The translations under genes were made by a program, and so were the position numbers. This document shows, in pieces, positions 62,608 to 64,000 of a stretch of DNA of 64,000 nucleotides (position 1 is its first letter; each line of letters begins with the position of its first letter). Below the pieces are notes generated by a model. The model had not been told where the DNA came from and ran no database searches. It was given only the letters and a program-made list of their open reading frames with translations. Source of the stretch: Myxococcota bacterium (GTDB taxonomy: Bacteria; Myxococcota_A; UBA9160; JAFDDA01); NCBI GenBank assembly GCA_965228475.1, contig OZ245817.1, forward strand, positions 1,888,001-1,952,000, given 5' to 3'.

Positions 62608-63998
62608 CCCTTCTTTTCGAGGGACTTCGCGCGGTCGAGGAGCTCCTGCGCGCGCTCCGCCTCGCCGAGCTTGCGCAGTACCATGCCCAGGCGGAAGCAC
62701 AGGAGCGGGTCGTTCGGCTTGGCGGCCTGGGCGAGCTCGAGGTGCTCGCGGGCGCCATCCCGGTCGGCCGGGCGGTTCTTGTAGAGGGCCCAGCCGAGGG
62801 CGCCCTGGTAGTCCGGCTCGTCGGGCCATAGCTCCACGCACGGCTTCAAGAAGTCGAGGGCGCCGCCGAAGTTTCCGATCTTGATCATGATCTCGGCCTT
62901 GCGGAAGAGCGTCTCGGCCTGGGCCAGCCGGTTCGCATCGCTCGAGGGCGTTCCGCCGGCGTCGCCCGCCTGCTTGGCGTCGTACTCCTTGCGCCGCCCC
63001 TTGTCGGAAAGGGTCTGGTACGCCTGGGCGATGCGCGCGAAGAGCTCGTTGGCCTCGCGGTGCAGGGAGGCGAGTCCGACGCGCGCCAGCGCATCCGGGT
63101 GGGCCCGCTTCGCGAGCTGGAAGTAGGCCTTCTTGATCGGTCCTTCGCCCGCGTCGGACGGCACGCCGAGGAGCTCGTAGTGGCTGAGTTCGTCGATCCG
63201 TTCGTGCTTCTCGAGAATCTCCTTGCGGAGCTGCTCGGCCTCGGGCGAGAGGGCGGCGTCGGTCCCACCCGGACCGTGACTGCCCGCGGTGTCGGAGGTC
63301 GCGTCGTCGTCGGGCGCATCCTCGAAGAGGAACTCGAGGGTGGGCTCCGTGTCCTCGCCTTCGGCGGCGTCAGCAGCTTCGCCCGGCTCACCCGCGGCGG
63401 GGTCCGCGGGCGGGCCGTCCTGGAAGGCGAGGGCACCGCTCTCGGCGAGGAGCCAGGCGCAGGCGAGGCGGTCCGGCGAGGGCGAGCGGTAGACCGCTTC
63501 TCCGAACGTTCGCATCGGGTCGAGGTCGTCGAGCAGGCCGCCGCCGTCCGCCGGCGCTTCGAGTCGCGCAGAGAGCGCCTCGAAGGTCTCGCTCGGAACC
63601 GCGTGCTGCGAGAGGCGCGCCTCGAGATCTGCGAGCAGGCGCTCGACGCTCCAGTGCGTGGCGAGACCCTGCTGCACGATGACGATCGGGTCGACGCGGA
63701 AGGCCTGGGCTTCGTCGCGCCCGGCGTCCGCCGCTTCGAAGCGGAACCGTCCATCGGGCCAGGAGAAGGCGTCGACGATGCGGCGGCGCACCTGGTCGCG
63801 CAGGGCGACGAAGAGCTCCTTCGGTTCGATCAGCTTGAGCGCAAGGAGGGCCGCTCCTTCCCGTGCGCCTCGATCCTTCACGTACGCGGACACGCGCTCC
63901 TGGTCCTCGGCGCTGATGCGCTCGGCGGAGACGAGCTGCGCACCGAGGCTCTCGCGCGCGAGGTTCGACTCGACGAAGACCGGGACGCCGGCGTCGAG
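62604..63998 (-). CDS. DUF4388-like / DnaJ J-domain / TPR protein, 5'-truncated by window edge
   Basis: N-terminal GVPVFVESNL..ESLG..LV and FSWPDGRFRF pattern. J-domain SHYELLGV...IKKAYFQLAKRAHPD...AYQTLSD..RRKEYD with HPD. C-terminal TPR-like helices. Frame is open to the window end. Confidence 0.82.
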   Translation of the reverse strand, partial: LDAGVPVFVESNLARESLGAQLVSAERISAEDQERVSAYVKDRGAREGAALLALKLIEPKELFVALRDQVRRRIVDAFSWPDGRFRFEAADAGRDEAQAFRVDPIVIVQQGLATHWSVERLLADLEARLSQHAVPSETFEALSARLEAPADGGGLLDDLDPMRTFGEAVYRSPSPDRLACAWLLAESGALAFQDGPPADPAAGEPGEAADAAEGEDTEPTLEFLFEDAPDDDATSDTAGSHGPGGTDAALSPEAEQLRKEILEKHERIDELSHYELLGVPSDAGEGPIKKAYFQLAKRAHPDALARVGLASLHREANELFARIAQAYQTLSDKGRRKEYDAKQAGDAGGTPSSDANRLAQAETLFRKAEIMIKIGNFGGALDFLKPCVELWPDEPDYQGALGWALYKNRPADRDGAREHLELAQAAKPNDPLLCFRLGMVLRKLGEAERAQELLDRAKSLEKKG

Positions 63999-64000
63999 GG

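Overview
A very GC-rich bacterial chromosome segment made almost entirely of housekeeping genes. Gene order and content resemble Myxococcota or former Deltaproteobacteria (inference). Main blocks: rarA / nadK-recN / FHA-M23-secA-argJ; rpsB-tsf-pyrH-frr-uppS-dxr-rseP; tsaB, ilvC-psd-pssA-leuA-leuB-(Asd-like pseudoenzyme)-truA; rplM-rpsI-argC-pyrG; tRNA-Val(CAC) and tRNA-Arg(CCG); lptCAB-rpoN-ptsN-hprK-rapZ-EIIA-HPr; metK-yajC-secDF; ispDF-cysS-uvrB-uvrC; comEC; then an accessory-looking right end. The standout is one lower-GC gene (about 61402-62607) fusing a TIR domain that keeps its catalytic Glu to a TM helix and a CdaR/YbbR-like extracytoplasmic module, a receptor-like TIR-TM-YbbR architecture. 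It is flanked by a GCTAG direct repeat and sits between two convergent genes whose stops would otherwise share that CTAG. Other oddities: a triplicated RBS plus start codon before metK, mini-ORFs bridging gene junctions, a possibly bistable pyrG leader, an LptA with an extra N-terminal domain in an lpt locus lacking kds genes, and several apparently leaderless genes. All family calls come from motif recognition by eye; no database searches were run.
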